DNA from: a phage
DNA length: 64,000 nt
Reading direction: 5' to 3' (one strand)
NCBI GenBank assembly: GCA_024672275.1
Contig: GCA_024672275.1_4536.1
The notes beneath the pieces were generated by a model. That model was given only the letters and a program-made list of their open reading frames with translations. It made no database searches and was not told where the DNA came from. The position numbers and the translations under genes are program-made. Positions 1-8,905 of this stretch are shown here, piece by piece; the stretch's first letter is position 1, and the number at the start of each line of letters is the position of its first letter.

Positions 1-320
1 GCTTCCACTACACGAATATTAGCTAAAGCTTCATCTAATTCCTCTGTGCTACGTTCGTGTTTGCTACCACTACCTGCTAACATAGTGCAAGGTGGAAATC
101 CAAAAATAATATCGGGTTTAGGTATCCCATGATCTTCAGGGTTGAATGTAGAATCTATCCAGGCATTCACATAGGTTATGTTTGGGTGCTCCATCCTAAC
201 CTCGTATTTACCGTGATCCCCTTCATCAGCGTTTACACAAAAACACTTGTGACCTGCTTCGGCATAACGTAACACCATGATCCCAGATCCGTCAAACATA
301 GACAAAACTGTTTTACTCAT
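1..320 (-). CDS. DNA methyltransferase-like protein, N-terminal fragment (gene runs off window start)
   Basis: Own minus-strand translation from ATG at 320-318: MSKTVLSMFDGSGIMVL...DIIFGFPPCTMLAGSG; FxGxG and PPC motifs resemble SAM-binding motif I and catalytic motif IV of C5-cytosine MTases; open to position 1. Confidence 0.4.
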   Translation of the reverse strand, partial: MSKTVLSMFDGSGIMVLRYAEAGHKCFCVNADEGDHGKYEVRMEHPNITYVNAWIDSTFNPEDHGIPKPDIIFGFPPCTMLAGSGSKHERSTEELDEALANIRVVE

Positions 321-726
321 TACCCCTCCATTCAAGACAAGCCATAACTTTACGCCAATCACTTTCTGTAAGAAAAATCTCGTTTGCTTTCTTCCACAAA
401 TCTAAATCGTGAAGGGTTGGAATACGATATGTTAGTTCACAGAATCTATGCTCTTCTTCTGTAATATAACCAAAATGCAGAGCCACATCGTGAAACCAAC
501 ACCAACCATGCATCTCTCGAACAACATGGTCATGTTGAGACATTGTTTTATGCCGTAAACCTAACCAACAAGGAACAGATACTTTAGTAGTCTTTAATCT
601 GTGATCAACAGTATTAGAGTATTCAATAATAGCTGTCAGTTTCAATCGTGCTTTTTCTAAATCCTCGTGCGTCACTTTGAAATAACTTTCTGAAAGATAT
701 CCACACATATTAATAACCTCCTTCAA
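313..726 (-). CDS. hypothetical protein
   Basis: 137-aa ORF in co-directional packed gene array; no recognisable motif. Confidence 0.5.
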   Translation of the reverse strand: MKEVINMCGYLSESYFKVTHEDLEKARLKLTAIIEYSNTVDHRLKTTKVSVPCWLGLRHKTMSQHDHVVREMHGWCWFHDVALHFGYITEEEHRFCELTYRIPTLHDLDLWKKANEIFLTESDWRKVMACLEWRGNE

Positions 727-1651
727 AAGGCTTTACTACATGTTGATTAGCTTTAAAACGTTCAACATAATCGTTTTCGCCCATGTTTTCATATAGCTTA
801 GTAACAACATAAAAGTTTTCCCAAGCATATTCCCTAAACCAACCACTAGTGATGGATGTGCAGACTTTAGATAAAGCCATTATAAAACTTTGCTTAGGGG
901 TTGGACCTCCGATCTCTCCACCGAAAGGAATTTGTGAACGTTCCAAAGCCAAAACACACGCTTCTTCATAAACACCTAACAGGCGCACATGTTTTGGTTG
1001 AGCAAAAAACTTTTCTTTGCTGGTCATAACTTCACTTCCATCTTTCATATAAGATTTATATGCCGGAGCATCCATTACCGCGATTGCTTCATGGATAGAA
1101 TCATGATCATAAACATACGGAACCTCATCACCTTTAAAAAAGTCTTTACTTTTTACGTTTAAGTTCGGATGAGAGTAAGTGTATGTTTCTTTCTCACGCA
1201 ACTCATAAATACTCTTAAGATTTTCTGGGATCTTTGCGCCCAGTGACCGCATGAAATGAATATCTTTCATAGTTTTAAAGAAGTGAGGACTATCCTTTTT
1301 AAAACGATGACTCATTTTAAGAAGGTAGAGCACATCTAAAGGAGCAACAACATGTCCAGCGTAAGTTCGACGAACATCATCAGAATCTTCACAATAACTA
1401 ATCAAAGCTTCTGTGCTATCTCCTTGAGAAGCAATATCGTATTCCAAATGTGCACCAGCTATCATTTTGACATGGCCTTTGTTTCCTTTACGTTCTACAA
1501 GTTCAACAAACTCATCTTGAGAGAACATTTTTGATAATTCTTCCCACTCTTGTTCTGTACACAGGTAATCTAAATCTACACAAGGGCGATACAAGTCTTT
1601 TCCCATGTCCATAGCATGAATTTGCAATGCACGGCTACCAATTAACACCAT
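710..1651 (-). CDS. hypothetical protein, possible nucleotidyltransferase-fold protein
   Basis: 313-aa ORF; N-terminus VLIGSRAL...VDLDY resembles GS...DxD pattern of pol-beta-type NTases (weak); own promoter upstream. Confidence 0.5.
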   Translation of the reverse strand: MVLIGSRALQIHAMDMGKDLYRPCVDLDYLCTEQEWEELSKMFSQDEFVELVERKGNKGHVKMIAGAHLEYDIASQGDSTEALISYCEDSDDVRRTYAGHVVAPLDVLYLLKMSHRFKKDSPHFFKTMKDIHFMRSLGAKIPENLKSIYELREKETYTYSHPNLNVKSKDFFKGDEVPYVYDHDSIHEAIAVMDAPAYKSYMKDGSEVMTSKEKFFAQPKHVRLLGVYEEACVLALERSQIPFGGEIGGPTPKQSFIMALSKVCTSITSGWFREYAWENFYVVTKLYENMGENDYVERFKANQHVVKPFEGGY

Positions 1652-1681
1652 AATATTTCTCCTCTATTGGTTGATAGGTTA

Positions 1682-1710
1682 AGTTTATCAAGCTTCCAGA
1701 TTCCTGTCAA
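1682..1710 (-). promoter_or_regulatory. sigma70-like promoter (TTGACA-17-TAAACT) for gene 710..1651
   Basis: Minus-strand reading ttgaca ggaatctggaagcttga taaact immediately after terminator hairpin. Confidence 0.45.
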
Positions 1711-1711
1711 T

Positions 1712-1731
1712 AAAAAACCCGCCGAAGCGGG
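1712..1731 (-). terminator. rho-independent terminator (hairpin cccgc-ttcg-gcggg + U-run on minus strand)
   Basis: GC stem with tetraloop followed by ttttttatt on minus strand; also followed by T-rich tail on plus strand. Confidence 0.65.
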
Positions 1732-1741
1732 TTATTATTTA

Positions 1742-2014
1742 CTAACACATTGAGGAAGAAGAGATCCAAACACCTCTTGTGGTTAAACCATTTTCATCCA
1801 ACTCTACACCATAATCTTCACAAATGAAATCAATATAGTGATCTGCGGCTGGCGTTCCTGTAGGGTAATAAGTTTCTCCGTTACCGTAGTCACCTATCCA
1901 AGCTTGTTCCTGAAACTGTTCACAAAGTTCTTCAATCTCCTTACGAAACTTTCTTTGTGCTTGTTCCATCTCTTTAACTTTCTTTTTTATCAGCAGTTCG
2001 CCTTCAGACTCCAC
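1742..2014 (-). CDS. small protein, paralog family member A (C-terminal W-x-SSS-x-C motif)
   Basis: GTG start with AAGGAG RBS; C-terminus RGVWISSSSMC shared with two neighbours. Confidence 0.5.
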   Translation of the reverse strand: MESEGELLIKKKVKEMEQAQRKFRKEIEELCEQFQEQAWIGDYGNGETYYPTGTPAADHYIDFICEDYGVELDENGLTTRGVWISSSSMC

Positions 2015-2023
2015 AATCTCTCC

Positions 2024-2242
2024 TTAACAGCTACTACTGTGCCAAACGCCTTGAGAATTAACGACGAAACCATCATCACCTTCACCATAACAAGAAGAGG
2101 ATTGCCAATCTTCAAAACAGATTGCGTCATTTTCTAAACTAAGACCAAAACCAGCATCTTCAGCTTCTTTTGTAAGTTCGTCCACTAAAGCCATAATAGC
2201 TTGGGCTTTTTCAGTTAATTCTTCAACATTACGATCACTCAT
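2024..2242 (-). CDS. small protein, paralog family member B
   Basis: Start moved to internal ATG (MSDRNVEEL) preceded by AGAGGAG RBS; C-terminus QGVWHSSSC. Confidence 0.5.
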   Translation of the reverse strand: MSDRNVEELTEKAQAIMALVDELTKEAEDAGFGLSLENDAICFEDWQSSSCYGEGDDGFVVNSQGVWHSSSC

Positions 2243-2556
2243 TAGTATTTCTCCTCTGGTTGGAAAACTGAACGACAAGCCCACATACTAGCTTCTTTTA
2301 AATGTTTAATAGCACAACGGATTTGATCAATACGTTCGTATGCAAAATCTAATTCTTTCTCTGTGCCGTCAAAAGACCCATGATATGCTTCACAATACTC
2401 TTCCTCTAAAGCTTTGAAGATTAAACCTAAACGCTCTTCTGCATCTTTAATAGCGTTAACCTTGCCAATCTTATCGTCAGTATGCGCCTTATAACCTTTG
2501 ATATCTTCGATTCCCACTTTACCTCCTATTAACAACTTAAAGAAGATGGATGCCAA
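2242..2556 (-). CDS. hypothetical protein
   Basis: 104-aa ORF, stop overlaps next start (TAATG). Confidence 0.5.
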   Translation of the reverse strand: MASIFFKLLIGGKVGIEDIKGYKAHTDDKIGKVNAIKDAEERLGLIFKALEEEYCEAYHGSFDGTEKELDFAYERIDQIRCAIKHLKEASMWACRSVFQPEEKY

Positions 2557-2726
2557 TTTGTTCCAGTATTCTCATTTTCATCTTCTGGATCATAATAACC
2601 ACCCATCCCATATTCAGGGGAGAAACGGAAACCTTTACCAGTCTCATCTGCTAACTGCTCTGCTTCCGCTAAAGCCTCATAAGCTGCTTTTACGGCTTCT
2701 TCTACTGTTTTAAACTTGGTCGTCAT
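2529..2726 (-). CDS. small protein, paralog family member C
   Basis: AGGAGAGGAG RBS; C-terminus GTNWHPSSLSC. Confidence 0.5.
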   Translation of the reverse strand: MTTKFKTVEEAVKAAYEALAEAEQLADETGKGFRFSPEYGMGGYYDPEDENENTGTNWHPSSLSC

Positions 2727-3000
2727 AAAATTTCTCCTCTCCTAAAGACATGTTGACATGAAATGCACGATATGTAAATTCGTTGTCCGTTGTGTTTGAA
2801 TAAAACTCAAATTGAACAACACCATCTTGAGAAGACAGATACATGCCAATTTGAACTGTTCCTTCTGGTACCAGGTAAGCATACTCTGGACGTAGTGTTA
2901 CATTGTAAAAATAAAGTTCCCCAACACCCATTTCATCCCAAGCTTCCCAAGCGGTAACGAAGTTACTTTCAAAACTTGTTACTGATCTGAACTCTGCCAT
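2710..3000 (-). CDS. hypothetical protein
   Basis: 96-aa ORF in array. Confidence 0.45.
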   Translation of the reverse strand: MAEFRSVTSFESNFVTAWEAWDEMGVGELYFYNVTLRPEYAYLVPEGTVQIGMYLSSQDGVVQFEFYSNTTDNEFTYRAFHVNMSLGEEKFYDDQV

Positions 3001-3491
3001 AAAACCTCCTCAATCTTGTAGTTTGACTCCATCTCCAACACATTTCCACGAACGTCTCTCCGAAGAAAGGCATAAGCTTTATTAGGTATTGTAGACTCAT
3101 ATTTAACCATATCTGGCACAGCAAAAGATACTACTACTCCTGCTGGGCTTCTGTCAAGAGCCTTATTAATATTTCTAAGGATATCGTTAGCCAAGATTTC
3201 TGCCAATTCTCCAAGAACAGTTTCGGTTATATCTTTATATCCCATTAAGTATTTGTTGATATCTTTCATCTCTGTATTGTTCAGAGTATAGTCCAAAGGA
3301 TAGAAATTCAAAGCGGAGTCACTTTTATGTGTCCACATGAAATGCACCCGATCAGAGCAGAATCGTAACCCTCTATGAAGAATATCTTCTACAACAGGGA
3401 GAATTTCTTTTGTCACATCATTAACCATGTTGTAATCTAAGATTTCTGCCAAGTTTGTTCTTTGTTCACCACGTTTACGTTTAGGAATCAC
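2979..3491 (-). CDS. hypothetical protein
   Basis: 170-aa ORF, overlaps neighbours by a few codons. Confidence 0.5.
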   Translation of the reverse strand: MIPKRKRGEQRTNLAEILDYNMVNDVTKEILPVVEDILHRGLRFCSDRVHFMWTHKSDSALNFYPLDYTLNNTEMKDINKYLMGYKDITETVLGELAEILANDILRNINKALDRSPAGVVVSFAVPDMVKYESTIPNKAYAFLRRDVRGNVLEMESNYKIEEVLWQSSDQ

Positions 3492-4062
3492 TTGTTATTG
3501 CCCTCATTACCAAAGGTCGTAGAAAATCGTAAATCTCTTGTTTTGTTTTCCCACGAATGTTTAAACAAGGAACATTATTGGCTTTAGCTATCTTCCAAGC
3601 CGTAGCTGTTCCACCTTTTGCATCTCCATGTTTATCAGTATTAGCACAAGCCAACAAGAAACAGGATGGAGCAGGATTTTCCAAATCTCTACCTAACACT
3701 TGATGCACATTACGTTGGTGCAATTTTCTAGCACCCTGCTTAAGCTTTTCATAGGCTGGGTGAACATCTTTGATCCATTGCACAGAGATAGCATAGTTCA
3801 TTGTATCTGGTTTTGCAAGAACAATAACATCCCCTGGAATCTGATTACCTTTGAAATTTTCCCAAGGAACATAAATCTCCTTGTTAGTAGGATTTTCAGA
3901 CTCTTGGACACCTGTTTCAAAAGCAGAATCACTACCCTCTGCCTTCCCAGACCTTAATTTAAACCCAAGGTTTGAAAGCCATTTCCCTATGCCTACCATC
4001 AAAGCCCACTCTTCTTCGGATATATCTCTACTTCCAACTCCCGTATAGAACAGTTCTGCCAT
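3481..4062 (-). CDS. DprA/Smf-like Rossmann-fold (SLOG-type) nucleotide-binding protein
   Basis: YTGVGSR ... RSGKAEGSDSAFETGV resembles the GxGxR and RSGxAxGxDxxA motifs of DprA/SLOG domains; start set to ATG after GAGGTG. Confidence 0.45.
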   Translation of the reverse strand: MAELFYTGVGSRDISEEEWALMVGIGKWLSNLGFKLRSGKAEGSDSAFETGVQESENPTNKEIYVPWENFKGNQIPGDVIVLAKPDTMNYAISVQWIKDVHPAYEKLKQGARKLHQRNVHQVLGRDLENPAPSCFLLACANTDKHGDAKGGTATAWKIAKANNVPCLNIRGKTKQEIYDFLRPLVMRAITSDS

Positions 4063-4069
4063 AATCACC

Positions 4070-4378
4070 TCAACAAGTAATTTCAAAAGGTGTATAGGGT
4101 TCCGTATTTCTCATGATCCAAGGACTGCTAGGATTGCTCGGATCATAAGGACCAAAAGGTTTTATGGTAGGTTGTGTTTCTTTCTTCTGAATCTCTTCAA
4201 AAATACGACGAAGTTCAGAATATTCTTGATCCACCATAAGATTCGGTGCATCTGATTCTACAGCTTGCAGGTTATCTTCCTTAAGAACAATCTCACGAAC
4301 AAGATTAACATCTTCTGTTTCTAAGATAACTTCTTTACGGATATTGCCTACACTTTGAATAATTGTAACCTTATACAT
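4070..4378 (-). CDS. hypothetical protein
   Basis: 102-aa ORF. Confidence 0.5.
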   Translation of the reverse strand: MYKVTIIQSVGNIRKEVILETEDVNLVREIVLKEDNLQAVESDAPNLMVDQEYSELRRIFEEIQKKETQPTIKPFGPYDPSNPSSPWIMRNTEPYTPFEITC

Positions 4379-5121
4379 TAATCCTCCTCAAGAGTTGAAT
4401 AAAATTGAAGACCACCGTCCATATCGAAATAAGCAAATGTTAAGTTATTATTGAACACAGATCCAGTATCCATATAAACACGATTCGCATTGATAATAGG
4501 TGTTTTTACATAAGAGTGTCCATGAAACACATAATCCACACCCATCACAACAGGAAGTTTCATTCCCTCTTTAGCACAATCCACCATATCTCTGTCCCAC
4601 ATAAGTGCTTCAGCAAAACGGTTTTCCTGTGTTTTTGTCATCTTCGAAGTGTATTCTGGAATATCTGTTACAGGGAGATATTCCAAAGAAGACGGATACC
4701 CACCATGAATAAACGCAAGTTTCATGCCTCTGTAGTTAACAATGAGAACAACAGGTAAATCTTCTGTCATCATTGCTAAGGCTGTAGCTCCTTCTTCACC
4801 ACATTCTTCAAGGACCGTATATCCTCCATTTTGATACCAACACTCGAAGTAGCTACGATCTCCTTCCAGCATACCTTTAATCATCATGTCTTCATGATTT
4901 CCACGAATAGCGTAGCGATTGTGTTTACGAGTAAATTCTAAAACACAACGAAAGTTTTGCTTTCCACGGTCAGTAAGATCTCCTAAAGATACAACTACAT
5001 CTGTATCTCGGATACCTAACTTTGCCTTTCCTTTTTCATACAAATTATAACAACCGTGTAGATCTCCAATTATAAAAAGATCTTGATCGCTTTTAACAGT
5101 AATTTCTCTGTGTATGATCAC
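4378..5121 (-). CDS. serine/threonine protein phosphatase (PPP family, lambda-phosphatase-like)
   Basis: GDLHG, GDLTDRG and GNHE motifs in canonical order. Confidence 0.8.
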   Translation of the reverse strand: MIIHREITVKSDQDLFIIGDLHGCYNLYEKGKAKLGIRDTDVVVSLGDLTDRGKQNFRCVLEFTRKHNRYAIRGNHEDMMIKGMLEGDRSYFECWYQNGGYTVLEECGEEGATALAMMTEDLPVVLIVNYRGMKLAFIHGGYPSSLEYLPVTDIPEYTSKMTKTQENRFAEALMWDRDMVDCAKEGMKLPVVMGVDYVFHGHSYVKTPIINANRVYMDTGSVFNNNLTFAYFDMDGGLQFYSTLEED

Positions 5122-5447
5122 TTATCCTCCTCAAAATCTAAGAAAATAAAAATATTCACCTTTCCTTCAATCTCTTGTTCTAAAACAAGATCGGCAAATT
5201 CTGCATAAGCTTTCTCTTCAACTTTTTCAATATGTTCTGCGGCATCTTTAAAAGGTGTATCCCCATCCACCTTTACTAATAAGAAAAGAGATCGCATTTC
5301 GACGCTTTTACTGTTACGAGGAAGGAAATCTACAGCTTCAACAATTCTCCAACCCAAATAGCCAGGGGTTTTATGAATCTCCCCTAAATACTTTTCTAAG
5401 ATTTTACGACCCTCGTCGATAAGGGCTTGTTCTGTAGTAATTTCCAT
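5118..5447 (-). CDS. hypothetical protein
   Basis: 109-aa ORF. Confidence 0.5.
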   Translation of the reverse strand: MEITTEQALIDEGRKILEKYLGEIHKTPGYLGWRIVEAVDFLPRNSKSVEMRSLFLLVKVDGDTPFKDAAEHIEKVEEKAYAEFADLVLEQEIEGKVNIFIFLDFEEDK

Positions 5448-5457
5448 TCCTTCCTCC

Positions 5458-6048
5458 TCAAATTATTAACGAAACCGCATGACTAAATCTTGGTTCAGAT
5501 ATAACCTCTGCTACAGTCACATATGTATCGTGCAGCCAAAAAGATTCTACTCTACAAACACAAATACCGTTGATAATGAAATCTACACAGGATTTATTAT
5601 TTTCGCACACTTGTTGACTATAAACAACCCCTAAAGAGTCATAAAGTGATCTCACTGTTGCTACCATCTCATCTGTTTCGTCTTCCTGTGAAACAAAGAA
5701 AACGAATACAGACAAGTTATTAGCGAAAGTATTGCTATTCTCTACTTCAACCGACTTACAAGGTAAAAAGGAGTAATATTTACCGTTAGGTATCAATTTC
5801 GCCTCAACCTGGTTAAGTATGCTTTGAGATGGTTTTGTTACATAAAAAAGATTTTCTGTTGGGTTTTCAACATTGCTCCTTACTATGCAACGAGTGGGGT
5901 TCGAAGGATCAAAAACATGATCGAAATCGACACACACAGGTAAGTTAACAACTTTAAACTTTTTGCTAAGAATGCTTACTGCTGTAAAAATCAAACCAGC
6001 ATTTATTTTGCCAGTGAAAGTTGAACGCATAACTACTCCTCGGATCAT
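5458..6048 (-). CDS. hypothetical protein
   Basis: 196-aa ORF. Confidence 0.5.
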   Translation of the reverse strand: MIRGVVMRSTFTGKINAGLIFTAVSILSKKFKVVNLPVCVDFDHVFDPSNPTRCIVRSNVENPTENLFYVTKPSQSILNQVEAKLIPNGKYYSFLPCKSVEVENSNTFANNLSVFVFFVSQEDETDEMVATVRSLYDSLGVVYSQQVCENNKSCVDFIINGICVCRVESFWLHDTYVTVAEVISEPRFSHAVSLII

Positions 6049-6239
6049 TCTACCAAAGAGAATTCCGCCTCTTCCAGGTAGATTACAGACCTTGTTGCAT
6101 GATATTTAACGCTCCAGAAATTACCTTCGCGCCGTAAAAGTATCTCATTCACATCAAGATTGCTTAGAAAAACCATATAACTTAAAGCTTGTTGACGCGT
6201 TGAGAATTGTTTCTCTAAAAGTTCTTCTCCGCTCTGCAT
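6045..6239 (-). CDS. hypothetical protein
   Basis: 64-aa ORF, coupled to neighbour. Confidence 0.4.
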   Translation of the reverse strand: MQSGEELLEKQFSTRQQALSYMVFLSNLDVNEILLRREGNFWSVKYHATRSVIYLEEAEFSLVE

Positions 6240-6284
6240 AATCCCTCCTTAAAATACTCCCTCCGAAAAGGGAGTATAAGTATA

Positions 6285-6488
6285 TCACGTAGTTGTTATG
6301 TTGTCTTCTTGGATACTAGAATCCACTTCTGCAAACATATCTTCTGCACTGTAATTATTTCCAGTCCAGCGTGATAAAAGGATAGCAGCAATCTCTTTCG
6401 CATGAGATTCGGACTCTGCATAAACGTTAGTCCCAGTGTCACCTTTTTTCTTTTCATGTGCATAAATGCAGTAATAATTGTAAGCCAT
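6285..6488 (-). CDS. hypothetical protein
   Basis: 67-aa ORF. Confidence 0.4.
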   Translation of the reverse strand: MAYNYYCIYAHEKKKGDTGTNVYAESESHAKEIAAILLSRWTGNNYSAEDMFAEVDSSIQEDNITTT

Positions 6489-6724
6489 TAATCTTCCCAG
6501 TCATTGCCCTCGGTAGAGTGAACTAAAGCTCGCACGATACCACCGTAATCTACTGCCTGATTTGCAGCATGTTCGGCATAAACTTCAATGGCTTTTTTGA
6601 AGAAAAGAGCAGTAGCTGCTTCAATATTATCCATTTCGCCATCTACGTCAGTAGAAAGTGAAAGGTTGAGGCTTTCATCTACTTCATCAAAATCAATAGC
6701 CACTGTCATAATTAGTTTACCCAT
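6488..6724 (-). CDS. small acidic protein
   Basis: 78 aa, rich in Asp/Glu. Confidence 0.45.
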   Translation of the reverse strand: MGKLIMTVAIDFDEVDESLNLSLSTDVDGEMDNIEAATALFFKKAIEVYAEHAANQAVDYGGIVRALVHSTEGNDWED

Positions 6725-6736
6725 AGTTCACACTCC

Positions 6737-7246
6737 TTAAACAAAATAAAATGGTTGAGAGAGGCCCAAACGATTCTTTGGGTCGTATACATACCAAGCG
6801 TATGCTGTCTTATCTGTTCCACCTGCAACAAACGAAGGCCGTTCTGAAAGGACTATAAGGTTTGTTGGTGGATTCTTTTGATGGAACTCTCGTCGTTTCT
6901 TTGACTCCAAGAAGCCCAACCGAAGAAGATAAATACAAACATCCGCCTCTTTTAAGCTCTTTTCCAAGAACTCCATTGCTAACTTAAATGGAGGATTTGT
7001 GATTATAATGTCGGGACGATTTTCCCATTCATGACTAAAATAATCTTTACCTTCTTCAAGTTCGCAATATTCTGAACCTTCAGGAAAATGGCGATAAATC
7101 GCTTCAGCTTCACCTCTGCAAGGTTCTGCAAAAACCCAACCTTCTTCCTTTAGATTTTTGAAATCTATAACACTAAACAAACTATTGATTGCTTTTTGCG
7201 GTGTCGGATAATAATCGCTCGTTGGGCGATCATAATCTAATGCCAT
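6737..7246 (-). CDS. phage-type DNA N6-adenine methyltransferase (Dam-like)
   Basis: DYYPTP near N-terminus and DIIITNPPF (NPPF catalytic motif). Confidence 0.55.
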   Translation of the reverse strand: MALDYDRPTSDYYPTPQKAINSLFSVIDFKNLKEEGWVFAEPCRGEAEAIYRHFPEGSEYCELEEGKDYFSHEWENRPDIIITNPPFKLAMEFLEKSLKEADVCIYLLRLGFLESKKRREFHQKNPPTNLIVLSERPSFVAGGTDKTAYAWYVYDPKNRLGLSQPFYFV

Positions 7247-7664
7247 CTAAAATCTCCTCTTTTGTAATATTATCCAACTCTTTAAAGGATGAAATCTCGT
7301 TTAATAATCCTATTTGATCAGCTTCTAGAGGATAAGTGTTTTTATCTGTTTTTCTAGACAGAATATCTTCAACAAACTTATCAATAGCCAAAGAAGAATC
7401 ATAAAATTTTAAAAGTTGGTAATCCATAGGAGATATTTTGTCATCTCTTAGAAATATTTCTAACATGTTTTCAGGAGTGTCATGGTTTAGTTTATGTTCA
7501 CCAAAAATATTAACTTCATAAACATCTTTGCCAAACCAACGTTTCTTCTTTTCAACAGTATAGGTTTTTGCCACCAGACCATCTAAACAGTTTCTTGCCC
7601 TCTTACATGTTTGACGGTAAGAGTGGATAGCGCCTTCAACAAACTTAGCAGGAACTTGTAACAT
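7230..7664 (-). CDS. hypothetical protein
   Basis: 144-aa ORF. Confidence 0.5.
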   Translation of the reverse strand: MLQVPAKFVEGAIHSYRQTCKRARNCLDGLVAKTYTVEKKKRWFGKDVYEVNIFGEHKLNHDTPENMLEIFLRDDKISPMDYQLLKFYDSSLAIDKFVEDILSRKTDKNTYPLEADQIGLLNEISSFKELDNITKEEILDGIRL

Positions 7665-7682
7665 TATTAATCTCCTATGTTT

Positions 7683-7703
7683 AAGAAATGCCCCCGAAGG
7701 GGC
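7683..7703 (-). terminator. intergenic hairpin (gcccc-ttcg-ggggc), possible terminator/attenuator
   Basis: Perfect 5-bp GC stem with tetraloop downstream of HslV-like stop; tail only moderately U-rich. Confidence 0.4.
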
Positions 7704-7709
7704 AGTTTG

Positions 7710-8402
7710 TTAAATAGCGGTTCCTTCGAAATCCGCCACATTTACGAGATTAATATTTTCAGATTTAGAAGTCAAGTTGTTTTCTGCAACAGATTTTTCT
7801 TCAGTATCCGCCTCGTTACCTGCCACGTTACGAGGTTCTTCTTCACCGTAGGGATTACCGAATTTCAAAAGATTGATCAATTCTTCTTTGGAGAAGTTTT
7901 CTAAATCATCATCTGTTAATTCAATAATCTCGTCTTGTTCTTCAATAAATGTTTCACCACCAGAAAAAGCATCTCGCTTTTTAGCTACTTCCATAGCCTG
8001 TTCTGGTGTTGCCCCTGCATCAAGAGCAGCTAAAGCAAAATCTGACCCACTCCCTACTGCATAATATTCTTCATCAATCGGATATGCACGTGTTGGGTTG
8101 TTACCTTCGTGCAGGAAAATACGTCCGTCTGGATGAACAACAAGTGCAATAAACTCTTCATCTTCTTTATCTGGATCAGAGTGAATCATCAAACCAGGGA
8201 CAGCATCACGTGCTGCTTCGCACTGTAGATTTTGTTCAAACCATTGAAAGAAAGAAAGCACGGAGGTCAGACGACCAGCACCACCTACAAGGTAATCTCC
8301 AATTTTTCGGACCTTTTTGAAATTAATAGAATCTACACGTCCACCAAAAGTTACCTTACCGTCACTCAAAATCTTATTTTTGGTTGCAATAATTGTCGTC
8401 AC
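7710..8402 (-). CDS. HslV-like (proteasome beta-type, Ntn-hydrolase) peptidase
   Basis: N-terminal MTTIIA (Thr right after Met), FKKVRKI, VGGAGRLTSVLSF and YAVGSGSDFALAAL match HslV blocks from memory; acidic C-terminal tail. Confidence 0.65.
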   Translation of the reverse strand: MTTIIATKNKILSDGKVTFGGRVDSINFKKVRKIGDYLVGGAGRLTSVLSFFQWFEQNLQCEAARDAVPGLMIHSDPDKEDEEFIALVVHPDGRIFLHEGNNPTRAYPIDEEYYAVGSGSDFALAALDAGATPEQAMEVAKKRDAFSGGETFIEEQDEIIELTDDDLENFSKEELINLLKFGNPYGEEEPRNVAGNEADTEEKSVAENNLTSKSENINLVNVADFEGTAI

Positions 8403-8905
8403 TATTCTTCCTCCTCTGTTAATGTTTTAAGAACCGCTTTCCCGCCATTCACGTATTTGCAGATGTATTCTATCGCACGTAGCGTCTCTTTGTCAACAAA
8501 AATTTGATCAGACGTTGCGAGCGGGTTATTAAGAAGATCACTGCAATCACGAACAAGCAGTGCTTTCTTATTAAACAAATTACTTAAGAACAGTAACTTC
8601 GCCTCTTCTTCTGTTATGTGCAGAAGGCTAGGATCGGAGCCAGCTATTCCTATTATACAATCAAACAAGCTTTCTTTACTATCAGAAAGTTCTTGAAAAT
8701 GGTTTAAAAGCCAATCTTCTCCTAGACACCAACATTTAAACATTTCCAGTTTATCTCGGAGGGTCATATTCTCTAAAGTAAGAGCAATCTCTTTTTCAAT
8801 ATGGTTTACACAAATTTGACGAAATTCGTTAGGTTTTACGAGTCCCGTTTGATAGCACTCATCTATACCGCTTCTTCCGATAGCTATTGTTGCTACACCC
8901 ATCAA
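8402..8905 (-). CDS. hypothetical protein
   Basis: 167-aa ORF, start overlaps HslV-like stop. Confidence 0.5.
   Translation of the reverse strand: MMGVATIAIGRSGIDECYQTGLVKPNEFRQICVNHIEKEIALTLENMTLRDKLEMFKCWCLGEDWLLNHFQELSDSKESLFDCIIGIAGSDPSLLHITEEEAKLLFLSNLFNKKALLVRDCSDLLNNPLATSDQIFVDKETLRAIEYICKYVNGGKAVLKTLTEEEE

Noticed and set aside
1352-2137. Plus-strand ORFs 1352..1534 and 1838..2137 and similar plus-strand ORFs throughout 1-32000
   Set aside because: They are embedded antisense in densely packed minus-strand genes with better starts and motifs; low-complexity translations.
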